Shown piece after piece: positions 9,071 to 17,854 of a stretch of DNA of 64,000 nt. A program made the position numbers and the translations under genes. The notes beneath the pieces were generated by a model. The model was not told the origin of the DNA, made no database searches, and saw only the letters and a list, made by a program, of their open reading frames with translations. The number at the start of each line of letters is the position of its first letter. Position 1 is the first letter of the stretch. The DNA comes from Spiribacter sp. Its GTDB lineage: Bacteria > Pseudomonadota > Gammaproteobacteria > Nitrococcales > Nitrococcaceae. Location of the stretch: positions 1,858-65,857 of the forward strand of contig JAVLBI010000006.1 in assembly GCA_031581365.1 (NCBI GenBank). The letters are read 5' to 3'.

Positions 9071-10281
9071 CGACTACCGAGGCGCAACTCAATCCGCCGG
9101 TTTTGCGCCAAGGCATCGGCGTTTTCACCCTCCACGATGGGATGATATTCGCCATAACCCACTGCCGCGAGTCGATCCGGCGGAATCCCTTGATCCATTA
9201 AGAAATAAACAATCGACTGCGCGCGCGCAGTCGAGAGCTCCCAATTGGAAGGAAACTCTGGCGTACGAATGGGACGTCGATCGGTATGCCCTTCGACTTG
9301 CAAAACCCAATCAATCTCCGATGGAATGCGCTCGGCAATACGGCGCAAGATCTCCGCTACCTGCTCGAGGCGCTGCTCGCCATCAGGGCCCACATCGGCC
9401 GAAGCCGTCTCAAAGAACAGCTCAGACTGGAATCGAAAGCGATCACCGACAATTTCGATTTCATCAATATCACCAAGCACCTCGCGCAAACGCCCAAAGA
9501 ACTCTGAGCGATAGGTCGATAGCGTCTGAACTTCCTCAGCCAAGGCCACATTGAGCCGTTCTACCAGTGTGTCGATTTCTGTTTGCTGCTTGGCAACCGT
9601 GTCTTCTTCAATGCGCAGGGCTTGCGCGAGTGCGCTAATTTGCTCTCGTAGTGCATTAATTTGGCGTCGCAGTGACTCCACCCGAGCGCGGGCATCCGCG
9701 GTAAGCTGCTGCTCGTTATCAAGCGCTCGCTGCCGCTCCGCCACTTCAGCCACTAAATCCTCAATCCGCATGGCCTGTTCATCCGTACGCTCACGGGCAA
9801 GCCCAAGCTGCTGTTGTGTTTCTGATAAATCACTGGCAAGTGCATTGCGCTCGGCCCGCAACTCAGCGATATCCCGCTGCAAAGCAGCAACTTCCATTAA
9901 GCTCGCGCGCAATTCCTCTTCGCTAACCGCAATTTTCTCGCGTGCCGCGGCAAGCTCTTCACGCGTTAAATCGAGTGCTTCGCGCGCTTCATCGCGCTGT
10001 TGGAGCGTGGCGTGGAGCTCGGCATAGATGCTCGACATCTGCTCTTCGAGCTGAGCTCGTTGCGAGCGCTCCATCGATAACGCATCCGCCATTTCGGCAA
10101 GCTCTGCCTGCAGTGTCTCAAGCGCACGGTTGCGATCGGATAGCTGTGTGCTGAGATACAGCTGAGCTACCACAAAGATAAGCAGCACAAAGACAAATGC
10201 CAACAGCACCGTGGCCAGTGCATCAACAAAGCCAGGCCAAATATTGACCGATGAGCGATTACGCCGAGAACTGCCAAGCAT
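9067..10281 (-). CDS. MotB-like protein: one TM helix, long coiled coil, C-terminal OmpA-like peptidoglycan-binding domain
   Basis: IWPGFVDALATVLLAFVFVLLIFVVAQ (TM with Asp), about 200 aa of E/Q/L/A/R heptads, then LQVEGHTD, NWELSTARA, GYGEYHP, NRRIEL. Confidence 0.85.
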   Translation of the reverse strand: MLGSSRRNRSSVNIWPGFVDALATVLLAFVFVLLIFVVAQLYLSTQLSDRNRALETLQAELAEMADALSMERSQRAQLEEQMSSIYAELHATLQQRDEAREALDLTREELAAAREKIAVSEEELRASLMEVAALQRDIAELRAERNALASDLSETQQQLGLARERTDEQAMRIEDLVAEVAERQRALDNEQQLTADARARVESLRRQINALREQISALAQALRIEEDTVAKQQTEIDTLVERLNVALAEEVQTLSTYRSEFFGRLREVLGDIDEIEIVGDRFRFQSELFFETASADVGPDGEQRLEQVAEILRRIAERIPSEIDWVLQVEGHTDRRPIRTPEFPSNWELSTARAQSIVYFLMDQGIPPDRLAAVGYGEYHPIVEGENADALAQNRRIELRLGSR

Positions 10282-10291
10282 TGGCTAAAAC

Positions 10292-11476
10292 TCAGTTCGC
10301 CTCACCGTCACCCAAATGGGAGACGGTTCGCGTTAATAGGCGGATTTCATCGCGTAGCTCAGTAATCAAGCGCTCACGATCTGTGAGCAGCTCTTGACGC
10401 ATTTCTTGGAGTCCGCCCGCCATGGCTTTGAGTTGATCGATTTGCTGCTGGTCTTTATTGGCCTGCGACTCACCCACATCGGCAAGCCGACTCAACACGC
10501 TTTGCAAATCAGACTGCGTCTTTGTGACCTCACCCAATCCGCGCTGCTCAGCATTAGCGTGCTCGGCAAGCCTTGAGACCTCTTCGGTGAGCTCAATAAT
10601 TCTGGCATCGACCGCCCGGCGCTCTTCATCACCACGGGTCATGACGCGTTGGAGCTTATCGAGACTATCGGCGGTATTCTCTAGCAGCGCCTGAATGTAC
10701 GCGGGCACAGACCCTTCACCATCACCACCGATGGCGCCACTGGAAAGCCGGGTCTGCCCGGACAGCCATTCTTCTAAATCATTATAAAAGCGGTTTTGTG
10801 CATGCGAGGCCTGTAGATCCACAAACCCCAAAACAAGCGCACCAGCTAAGCCAAATAGCGAGGAGCTAAACGCCGTTCCCATTCCCGTTAGTGGGGCTTG
10901 CAGGCCATCACGAAGTTCGGTGAATATTTGCCCGGCATCACCCCCGCTCATACTCAGACCACTAATCACTCCACCCACGGCGCGGAGTGTGTCTAATAGC
11001 CCCCAAAATGTCCCCAGCAAGCCTAAAAATACCAGCAGGCCAATGAGATAACGCGAGACATCCCGCGATTCATCGAGGCGTGACCGAATACCATCAAGTA
11101 CGGTACGCAATGACAGGGCAGAAAGACTCAAGCGATCGCCGCGGCGACCGGTCAGCATTTGCGCCATTGAGGCCAGTAAACGGCTGCCCGGTAATTCCGG
11201 TACATCGCCAGCTTGTGAGCGCCGAAATTGCTCGACCCACTCTACCTCAGGGTTTAGCACCAGTACCTGCCGGCAATTAATGCCTAAACCAATGACTAAC
11301 ACCCCGAGAATCATGCCGTTAAAAACCGGGTTCGCGATAAACGCATCAGCCAGTGGCACCGCAAGCAGTCCAGCCACGCCAGCCACGGCGATCAAAAACA
11401 ATAGGATCCAAATTAAAACTCGGTTGGGATTGCGCACAGTCATTCCCCCATTAATAGTAATTGTTCTGTATACCAT
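10292..11476 (-). CDS. MotA/TolQ/ExbB-like ion-channel subunit with a helical C-terminal tail
   Basis: LVFLGLLGTFWGL and GMGTAFSSSLFGLAGALVL channel helices; about 170 aa hydrophilic tail. Alternative start at ATG 11443. Confidence 0.8.
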   Translation of the reverse strand: MVYRTITINGGMTVRNPNRVLIWILLFLIAVAGVAGLLAVPLADAFIANPVFNGMILGVLVIGLGINCRQVLVLNPEVEWVEQFRRSQAGDVPELPGSRLLASMAQMLTGRRGDRLSLSALSLRTVLDGIRSRLDESRDVSRYLIGLLVFLGLLGTFWGLLDTLRAVGGVISGLSMSGGDAGQIFTELRDGLQAPLTGMGTAFSSSLFGLAGALVLGFVDLQASHAQNRFYNDLEEWLSGQTRLSSGAIGGDGEGSVPAYIQALLENTADSLDKLQRVMTRGDEERRAVDARIIELTEEVSRLAEHANAEQRGLGEVTKTQSDLQSVLSRLADVGESQANKDQQQIDQLKAMAGGLQEMRQELLTDRERLITELRDEIRLLTRTVSHLGDGEAN

Positions 11477-11543
11477 ATCGTGGATGACCGCTTGATGTAT
11501 CCCCCCAGCTGCGTTCGAGCGCGTGGTGGGCTATCCTCCTGCC

Positions 11544-12593
11544 ATGAGTGATTTAACACGAACCTATCGCATCGGGCTTGGACTGGCTTTGCTAATCCTT
11601 GCTGGATTTTTAATCTACTGGCTGCGACCCATTCTTACGCCGTTTCTCGCAGGTGCGTTGCTGGCCTATTTAGCTGATCCGGTGACTCGCCAACTCCAGC
11701 GCATCGGTCTTAACCGCACACTCGCGGTTAGCATTGTGTTTATTGGCTTAAGTGCGATCGCCTTGGTGGCTGTATTAATGCTTATCCCGTTAATGGGCCG
11801 GCAGATTGACATGCTCCAAACCCAGCTCCCAGCCATGATGGCGTGGGCGCAAGAGATTGCCTTGCCGTGGCTGCAACAAACATTAGGCCTCGACCCACAA
11901 GCCTTTGATTTGGCCGCCGTGCGTCAAGCCATCTCTGAGCATTGGCAGTCCACCGGCAACGTCGCCGCCGACGTCCTCGGCCGGATCACTCGCTCTGGGC
12001 TTGCGCTTGCCGGTGCAATCGCAACCCTTGCGCTGATTCCTGTCGTGGCGTTTTATTTGCTGCGCGACTGGGATGGCTTACTCGAGAGAATGTTTGATTT
12101 GCTGCCATCGCGTTGGCGTCAAACCGTTGCAAGCCTTGCTCGTGAGTGTGATGAAGTGGTGGGGGCATTTTTACGCGGCCAGCTCCTGGTGATGATTAGC
12201 TTAGGGATTTTCTACTCGGTGGGCCTGTGGTTGGTCGGCCTTCAACTGGGGGTGTTGATCGGCATGCTCTCAGGCTTGGCCGCGGTTGTACCGTATCTTG
12301 GATTTATTGTGGGGATCGCCGCGGCGAGCCTAGCGGTTATTTTTGAATTCAACGATTGGTTAATCCCGCTGCTGCTCGTTTGGTTTGTTTATGGCGCGGG
12401 CCAAGCGTTAGAGTCCGTTGCGCTAACACCCTTGTTTGTGGGTGACCGCATTGGCCTGCATCCGGTGGCGGTGATTTTCGCCGTACTCGCCGGCGGTCAA
12501 TTATTTGGCTTCGCCGGGGTGCTCTTAGCATTGCCAGTGGCTGCGGTGGTGGTGGTTTTATTGCGCCATGCACACGCTTTTGTCACTGGCTAA
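11544..12593 (+). CDS. AI-2E family (PerM/YdiK-like) transporter
   Basis: LTPFLAGALLAYLADP, PVVAFYLLRDW, GAFLRGQL, VPYLG, TPLFVGDRIGLHPVAVIFAVLAGGQLFGFAGVLLALP. Confidence 0.9.
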   Translation: MSDLTRTYRIGLGLALLILAGFLIYWLRPILTPFLAGALLAYLADPVTRQLQRIGLNRTLAVSIVFIGLSAIALVAVLMLIPLMGRQIDMLQTQLPAMMAWAQEIALPWLQQTLGLDPQAFDLAAVRQAISEHWQSTGNVAADVLGRITRSGLALAGAIATLALIPVVAFYLLRDWDGLLERMFDLLPSRWRQTVASLARECDEVVGAFLRGQLLVMISLGIFYSVGLWLVGLQLGVLIGMLSGLAAVVPYLGFIVGIAAASLAVIFEFNDWLIPLLLVWFVYGAGQALESVALTPLFVGDRIGLHPVAVIFAVLAGGQLFGFAGVLLALPVAAVVVVLLRHAHAFVTG

Positions 12594-12610
12594 CGAGGCT
12601 CGTTCTGGCG

Positions 12611-12811
12611 ATGGCTAACGCTCACTCCGCGCAGTCGGTCAAACCCCCACTCCCGCCGCCGCCGCGAGAGCCGGATTGGGATGAATGCTGCGGCAATGGC
12701 TGCAATCCCTGCGTGTTTGATCTCTACGAGCAACGACTCGAGCGCTGGCGGGCCCGCTGTGAGCAGATTCGCTCGCAGCATGGCGCAACCGATAAGGACG
12801 AAAAACCATGA
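12611..12811 (+). CDS. Oxidoreductase-like domain protein (Oxidored-like / OXLD1 family)
   Basis: PPREPDWDECCGNGCNPCVFDLY motif; ATGA overlap with the next gene. Confidence 0.8.
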   Translation: MANAHSAQSVKPPLPPPPREPDWDECCGNGCNPCVFDLYEQRLERWRARCEQIRSQHGATDKDEKP

Positions 12812-13308
12812 TTCGGCTGATCAGCTTTATCCTCTTGGTCGGCTTTCTCGCATTTATGCTCTCGCCACGGCTGCGACGCTGGCTATCGGCCCGGGCACCC
12901 ATGCTTTTCTTAGGCAGCATTGCAATTGCCGGTATTGTCCTTGCCGCAACCGGCCGGCTTAACTGGATTTTTGCCGCTATTGGTGCCGCATTACCGATGG
13001 TTTGGCGATTAGCTTCATTACTTCGCTTCCTCCCCTGGATTACCCGACTCATGGGCGCAGGGGCGCATGCCCGTACCCAGCGTCATCAGCACAATGAGCG
13101 CCCGAATGCGCAACCCAATGCCGGCGCAATGAGCCACGAAGAGGCCGCTGAGATGTTAGGCGTGAGCACGGATGCCGATCGCGATAGCATCATGGCAGCC
13201 CACCGCCGACTTATTCAGCGATTACATCCGGATCGCGGCGGTACCGATTATTTAGCAGCACGGCTTAATGAGGCCCGCGACCGACTCTTACAGGATCTAC
13301 CATCATGA
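12808..13308 (+). CDS. Membrane-anchored C-terminal J-domain protein (Pam18/TimB-like)
   Basis: Hydrophobic N-terminal half, then MSHEEAAEMLGV...HRRLIQRLHPDRGGTDYLAARLNEARDRL with intact HPD. Confidence 0.85.
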   Translation: MIRLISFILLVGFLAFMLSPRLRRWLSARAPMLFLGSIAIAGIVLAATGRLNWIFAAIGAALPMVWRLASLLRFLPWITRLMGAGAHARTQRHQHNERPNAQPNAGAMSHEEAAEMLGVSTDADRDSIMAAHRRLIQRLHPDRGGTDYLAARLNEARDRLLQDLPS

Positions 13309-13679
13309 CTGCGCTTATCGCCAGCGTTCTTGGATTACAACTTGCCGGCGAACTGCTTGCCCGCTGGCTTGGCCTGCCCGTGCCGGGGCCGGTGATTGGC
13401 ATGTTGCTGCTATTCACTGCATTGAGCATTCGGGGTGAAACGCCCGCGAATTTATCGAAGCTTGCGAACACCGTGCTCGGGCATTTATCGCTACTTTTTG
13501 TGCCAGCGGGTGTTGGCATTATTAGCTATTTGGGCCTGATTGCCGAGCAATGGCTTGCCATCATGAGCACGCTAATCGTGAGCACGCTAATCGCAATTGC
13601 AGTGACCGCATTTATCTTGCGCTGGCTTAAACGGCCGGATCCAGCGGATGCCAAATCGGCTTCGGAGCGCTCGTCATGA
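13305..13679 (+). CDS. CidA/LrgA family membrane protein
   Basis: LPVPGPVIGMLLLF, LSLLFVPAGVG. Confidence 0.92.
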   Translation: MTALIASVLGLQLAGELLARWLGLPVPGPVIGMLLLFTALSIRGETPANLSKLANTVLGHLSLLFVPAGVGIISYLGLIAEQWLAIMSTLIVSTLIAIAVTAFILRWLKRPDPADAKSASERSS

Positions 13680-14398
13680 GTGGCTTATTCGAGACTTGGG
13701 TCTATTTAGCCGAACAACCCCTACTGTGGCTAACGCTAACCGTCGGGGCTTACGCCATTGCTTATCATTTATTTATGCTGACCCAAGGCTTTGCCCTGCT
13801 TAATCCGGTGTTAGTGGCTATTTTAATGATTGTGGCAACGCTCATGATCACCGAGACCGATTACGCTACCTATTTTGAAGGCGCGCAGTTTGTCCACTTT
13901 CTACTGGGGCCCGCAACGGTCCTACTCGCTGTTCCCCTAGTGGCTCAAGCCCAACGCCTTCGGCGTCAGTGGCTGCCGTTGAGCATTGCCCTGATCGCCG
14001 GCTCAGCCAGTGCAATCGTGAGTGCGCTGGTGATCGGTCGAGTGCTCGGACTCAAAGCCGATGTGGTGGCCTCGCTCCTACCCAAATCAGCCACCACCCC
14101 CATTGCGATGGCAGTAGCCGAGCAAATAGGCGGACAGCCATCACTCACTGCGGTATTGGTCATACTAACGGGGATTACCGGCGCCATTGCGGGTGTGCCT
14201 ATGCTAAGGGCGCTTGGCGAGCGTGACCCGGATATTAAGGGCTTTGCCACCGGTGTTGCCGCGCATGGCATCGCCACAGCCCGGGCCTTTCAGCACAGCG
14301 AACGCGCCGGTGCTTACGCCGGTTTAGGCATGGGCCTTAATGCAGCGCTCACCGCCTTACTAGTGCCGTTAATTGCTTGGCTCGCGGGATTGTATTAA
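13676..14398 (+). CDS. LrgB/CidB family membrane protein
   Basis: LLNPVLVA, LLGPATVLLAVPL, SLLPKSATTPIAM, ATGVAAHGIATARA. Confidence 0.92.
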   Translation: MSGLFETWVYLAEQPLLWLTLTVGAYAIAYHLFMLTQGFALLNPVLVAILMIVATLMITETDYATYFEGAQFVHFLLGPATVLLAVPLVAQAQRLRRQWLPLSIALIAGSASAIVSALVIGRVLGLKADVVASLLPKSATTPIAMAVAEQIGGQPSLTAVLVILTGITGAIAGVPMLRALGERDPDIKGFATGVAAHGIATARAFQHSERAGAYAGLGMGLNAALTALLVPLIAWLAGLY

Positions 14399-14415
14399 AT
14401 CAAAGGAGACCCTCA

Positions 14416-15594
14416 ATGGTTCGTGCCCTTAATCTGATCGCTGGCATAGTCATGATGATTACGATGGCGTTCGCGGCGAGCGCGCAAACGCCATCATCGA
14501 GCTCGGCGAGTGCCGCACCCGCCAATGCCAGTGAACTGCGTGTTGAGGCTGAACCGCTTGCCCCTGGCAGCGAACCAATGATCAGTAGCGCGAATGATCG
14601 AGACGATTTGCATCTGCGCTTAAGCGTTAATGCCCCCGGATTCGTTATTGATCGGCGCGATCTCGCGTTGCTCTCGGGGCGCAATACGGTGGTGTTTACC
14701 GATCTTGCGGCAACACTGCAGCCTGCCAGTCTGTATTGGCAGGCACTGAACTTGCCTGAACTCCAGCGCCTGACTCGATTGCCCAGTAATAACGAGCATG
14801 CCAGCACCCGTTGGCAAGCATTGATGTTTGTTGAGCAAGGCGGCAATCGTTCAGTCACCCTAAGTTATCGCGCTCAAGGTTTGCCTTGGCAAAGCGACTA
14901 CCAGCTGCAACTCGATACCAATGCAGGCACGGCTCAGTTAATCGAAGGGGTGAGCGTCCACAACCAAACGGGTGTCGATCTATCCGGGGCAGACATCACA
15001 CTGGTTAATCGCCACGGTCACGAGCGTGACTTAGACACGACTCGGCAGTGGCCAACAGGAAGCACGTTGCGGGGCATGACTCAACCCCCACAAAGCCTTG
15101 CCTTTGAGGCCGCACTCCTTAGCACGAGTCGTGCCGATATGCCGCAATCCGCTGCGCAGCTTGCACCGGTTCAACAGCACATCACCCTAATCGCAGACGC
15201 TGACGATGCGCTTGGGTTTGCGAGCGGACCTATTGAAGTGGTGCGCGTAAGCCCGAATGGCGAGCGCGAAGCACTCGGGCAGACTGCGCTCAACCCCCAT
15301 CAGGCCAGACCCGATTTAGCGATTGCGGTTGGCACGAGCACCGCCGTTGAAGTCGAGCGCGAGCAGGCAGACTATCGGCATACCGATCAAGGCATCGCGA
15401 TTGCTTGGCGGCTGCGACTGAGAAACATCAGTGATGGCGAACAAACGCTAATCTTAAAAGAGCGAATTGATGGCAGCTGGCAGCTGGAACAAGGGGCGGA
15501 GGATTGGCAACGAACACCGACTGGCTTACGCCGTAGCGTGACTTTAGCGGCCGGTGAAGAGCGCGAAGTGGGCTATCGCATTCTGCGCCAATAG
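14416..15594 (+). CDS. Secreted DUF4139-like protein
   Basis: Signal peptide (MAFAASAQ); GLPWQSDYQLQL, VHNQTGVDLSGADITLV and C-terminal LRNISDGEQTLILKER...VTLAAGEEREVGYRI resemble DUF4139; AAGGAG RBS. Confidence 0.6.
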   Translation: MVRALNLIAGIVMMITMAFAASAQTPSSSSASAAPANASELRVEAEPLAPGSEPMISSANDRDDLHLRLSVNAPGFVIDRRDLALLSGRNTVVFTDLAATLQPASLYWQALNLPELQRLTRLPSNNEHASTRWQALMFVEQGGNRSVTLSYRAQGLPWQSDYQLQLDTNAGTAQLIEGVSVHNQTGVDLSGADITLVNRHGHERDLDTTRQWPTGSTLRGMTQPPQSLAFEAALLSTSRADMPQSAAQLAPVQQHITLIADADDALGFASGPIEVVRVSPNGEREALGQTALNPHQARPDLAIAVGTSTAVEVEREQADYRHTDQGIAIAWRLRLRNISDGEQTLILKERIDGSWQLEQGAEDWQRTPTGLRRSVTLAAGEEREVGYRILRQ

Positions 15595-15597
15595 GGC

Positions 15598-16386
15598 TTA
15601 GCGCATGCCACGGGATTCTTTAACCGTGTCATAAGCTTTTTGGATATCTTGAGCGCGTTCTTTGGCAATTCGCATCATCTCCTCAGGCAGGCCTTTCGCT
15701 ACCAACTTATCGGGATGATGCTCGCTCATGAGTTTCCGCCAGGCTTTTTTCACCTCAGCATCACTCGCGTCGGCGGATAGGCCTAAGGTGTCATAGGCTG
15801 ACTCGAGTGCAGACTCACCGCCTGATTGATTGGCCGCGCGTGCACCCATCATGGTCTCTAAGCGGGCATAGTCAGCCTCGGATAAACCCAAGCCCATGGC
15901 AATACGACGCAAAACGGTTCGCTCAGCATCCTCAAAGCTTCCATCCGCCAAGGCCGCTTGTATTTGTATCTCAAGGAACATGCGCACGAGCTGCGCGTGG
16001 CCACGGCAGTAACGACGAAACTCATTCAGGGTTTGGTCAAGATCGGCTTCACCGTCACGCCCGGATTTAAAATAGCTCACCGCTTCTTGTTTTTGCGTGG
16101 CGTTTAAGTCCATGCGATCCATGACCTGCTCGGCCACACGGATCTCAGCCTTAGTCACTCGGCCATCGGCTTTGCAGACATGGCCCATCACCACAAAGGC
16201 ACTCCGAAAAAATGCCGCATGCACCATTTGTCGGTGTGCCGCACCGCCACCCATGCTGCCGAGCGACCCCCTTGCTAATGCACGATCAAACGCATTACCA
16301 ATGAAAAAGCCAATGATGGCGCCGACCCAACTGCCGAGAAAGCCGCCGAACAGCGCCCCTAGAATTTTACCAATGCCAAGTCTCAT
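15598..16386 (-). CDS. djlA: Co-chaperone DjlA
   Basis: N-terminal Gly-rich TM, GHVCKADGRVT (TerB-like), C-terminal J domain with HHPDKLVAKGLPEEM. Confidence 0.95.
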   Translation of the reverse strand: MRLGIGKILGALFGGFLGSWVGAIIGFFIGNAFDRALARGSLGSMGGGAAHRQMVHAAFFRSAFVVMGHVCKADGRVTKAEIRVAEQVMDRMDLNATQKQEAVSYFKSGRDGEADLDQTLNEFRRYCRGHAQLVRMFLEIQIQAALADGSFEDAERTVLRRIAMGLGLSEADYARLETMMGARAANQSGGESALESAYDTLGLSADASDAEVKKAWRKLMSEHHPDKLVAKGLPEEMMRIAKERAQDIQKAYDTVKESRGMR

Positions 16387-16402
16387 GCCGGCAAGGATGC
16401 CG

Positions 16403-17851
16403 TCACTGGGCCCATAGGTCCATGAACTTATTCACTGGCATGGCTTCAAGTTCGGCCTGATCCGCACACGCCGCCTCAATGCGCGCCGCTTGACGCGGGG
16501 CAAAGCGGGTGGTGAGGGCATTTTCGAACTTGTTCACTAATTCAGGGATGCCCTCATCACGGCGCCGCCGATGCCCAATGGGGTAATCCACCGCGATTCG
16601 CTCGGTTTGGGTGCCATCCTTGAAGAACACCTGCACGGCATTACCAATGGCGCGTTTGTCTGGATCGAGATAGTCCTTAGAGAAGGCTTTGTTCTCGGTC
16701 ACTTCCATACGCTCACGCAACGCATCCACCCGCGGATCGGCCGCAACATCGTCTTCATAATCAGCCGCGCTGAGGCGGCCAAAAATCAGCGGTATAGCAA
16801 CCATGTATTGAATGCAGTGATCGCGATCAGCCGGGTTACCCAACGGGCCGGTTTTATCAATGATGCGCACGCCGGCTTCCTGCGTCTCAATAACAACCCG
16901 ATCGATTTGATCAATTCGATGCGCGACGTCAGGGTGTAGGGTCATTGCTGCCTCAGCGGCTGTTTGGGCATGGAACTCTGCTGGGAAGCTAATCTTAAAC
17001 AGCACATTTTCCATGACATAGCTGCCAAGCGGCTGCGCCAAACTGACCTCATTGCCACCGAATAAAACATCCTGAAAACCCCAGGTTGGTGCGGTCAGCG
17101 CCGCCGGGTAACCCATTTCACCAGTTTGAGTAATCAACGCTAAGCGTAGACCCCGTGCTGTTGCGTCACCGGCAGCCCAGCTCTTGCGCGGTCCCGCCTG
17201 CGGCGCATGGCGATAGGCACGCAAGGCACCGCCATCAAGCAGCGCATGACTCGCCACGGTCATGACATCGTCATGGCTGCCGCCCAGCAAACCTGTACTC
17301 ACGCAGGCAGACGCTAAGCGCACCAATAAAACGTGATCAAGGCCAACACGGTTAAAGCTATTCTCAAGCGCGATCACTCCCTGGATTTCATGCGCCCGAA
17401 TCATGGCGGTGAGGACATCACGCATCAGTGGTGGCTCACGGCCTTCGGCGACCGCTCGCCGGGCCTGATAATCAGCGAGCGCCAAAATAGCGCCTAGGTT
17501 ATCGGAAGGATGACCCCATTCTGCGGCTAACCAGGTGTCATTAAAGTCGAGCCAACGCACCATCGCGCCAATATTAAACGCGGCTTGAACCGGGTCGAGC
17601 TGCCATGGTGTGCCAGGCACGCGAACGCCATCGGCCATATCGGCACCGGGGACGAGCGGACCAAGCAACTTCGTGCAGGCGGGGTATTCCAGCGCGAGCA
17701 TACCGCAGGCAAGTGTATCCATTAGGCAATAACGAGCGGTGCGATAGGCTTCATCAGACTGAATCGGCGTCTTGCTGACATAATCAGCCAATGCCGTTAG
17801 CAGTGTATCGGGTTGCGGGCGCTCGGCGCGGCGTACTTTGACATCACTCAT
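16403..17851 (-). CDS. prpD: 2-methylcitrate dehydratase
   Basis: [63 protein letters not shown]. Confidence 0.97.
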   Translation of the reverse strand: MSDVKVRRAERPQPDTLLTALADYVSKTPIQSDEAYRTARYCLMDTLACGMLALEYPACTKLLGPLVPGADMADGVRVPGTPWQLDPVQAAFNIGAMVRWLDFNDTWLAAEWGHPSDNLGAILALADYQARRAVAEGREPPLMRDVLTAMIRAHEIQGVIALENSFNRVGLDHVLLVRLASACVSTGLLGGSHDDVMTVASHALLDGGALRAYRHAPQAGPRKSWAAGDATARGLRLALITQTGEMGYPAALTAPTWGFQDVLFGGNEVSLAQPLGSYVMENVLFKISFPAEFHAQTAAEAAMTLHPDVAHRIDQIDRVVIETQEAGVRIIDKTGPLGNPADRDHCIQYMVAIPLIFGRLSAADYEDDVAADPRVDALRERMEVTENKAFSKDYLDPDKRAIGNAVQVFFKDGTQTERIAVDYPIGHRRRRDEGIPELVNKFENALTTRFAPRQAARIEAACADQAELEAMPVNKFMDLWAQ

Positions 17852-17854
17852 GGA

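Noticed and set aside
9067-11476. Calling the MotA/MotB-like pair a Zorya anti-phage system
   Set aside because: No ZorC/D/E-like effector or other defence gene nearby, and the long coiled coil is mainly on the B subunit. Kept only as an orphan motor.
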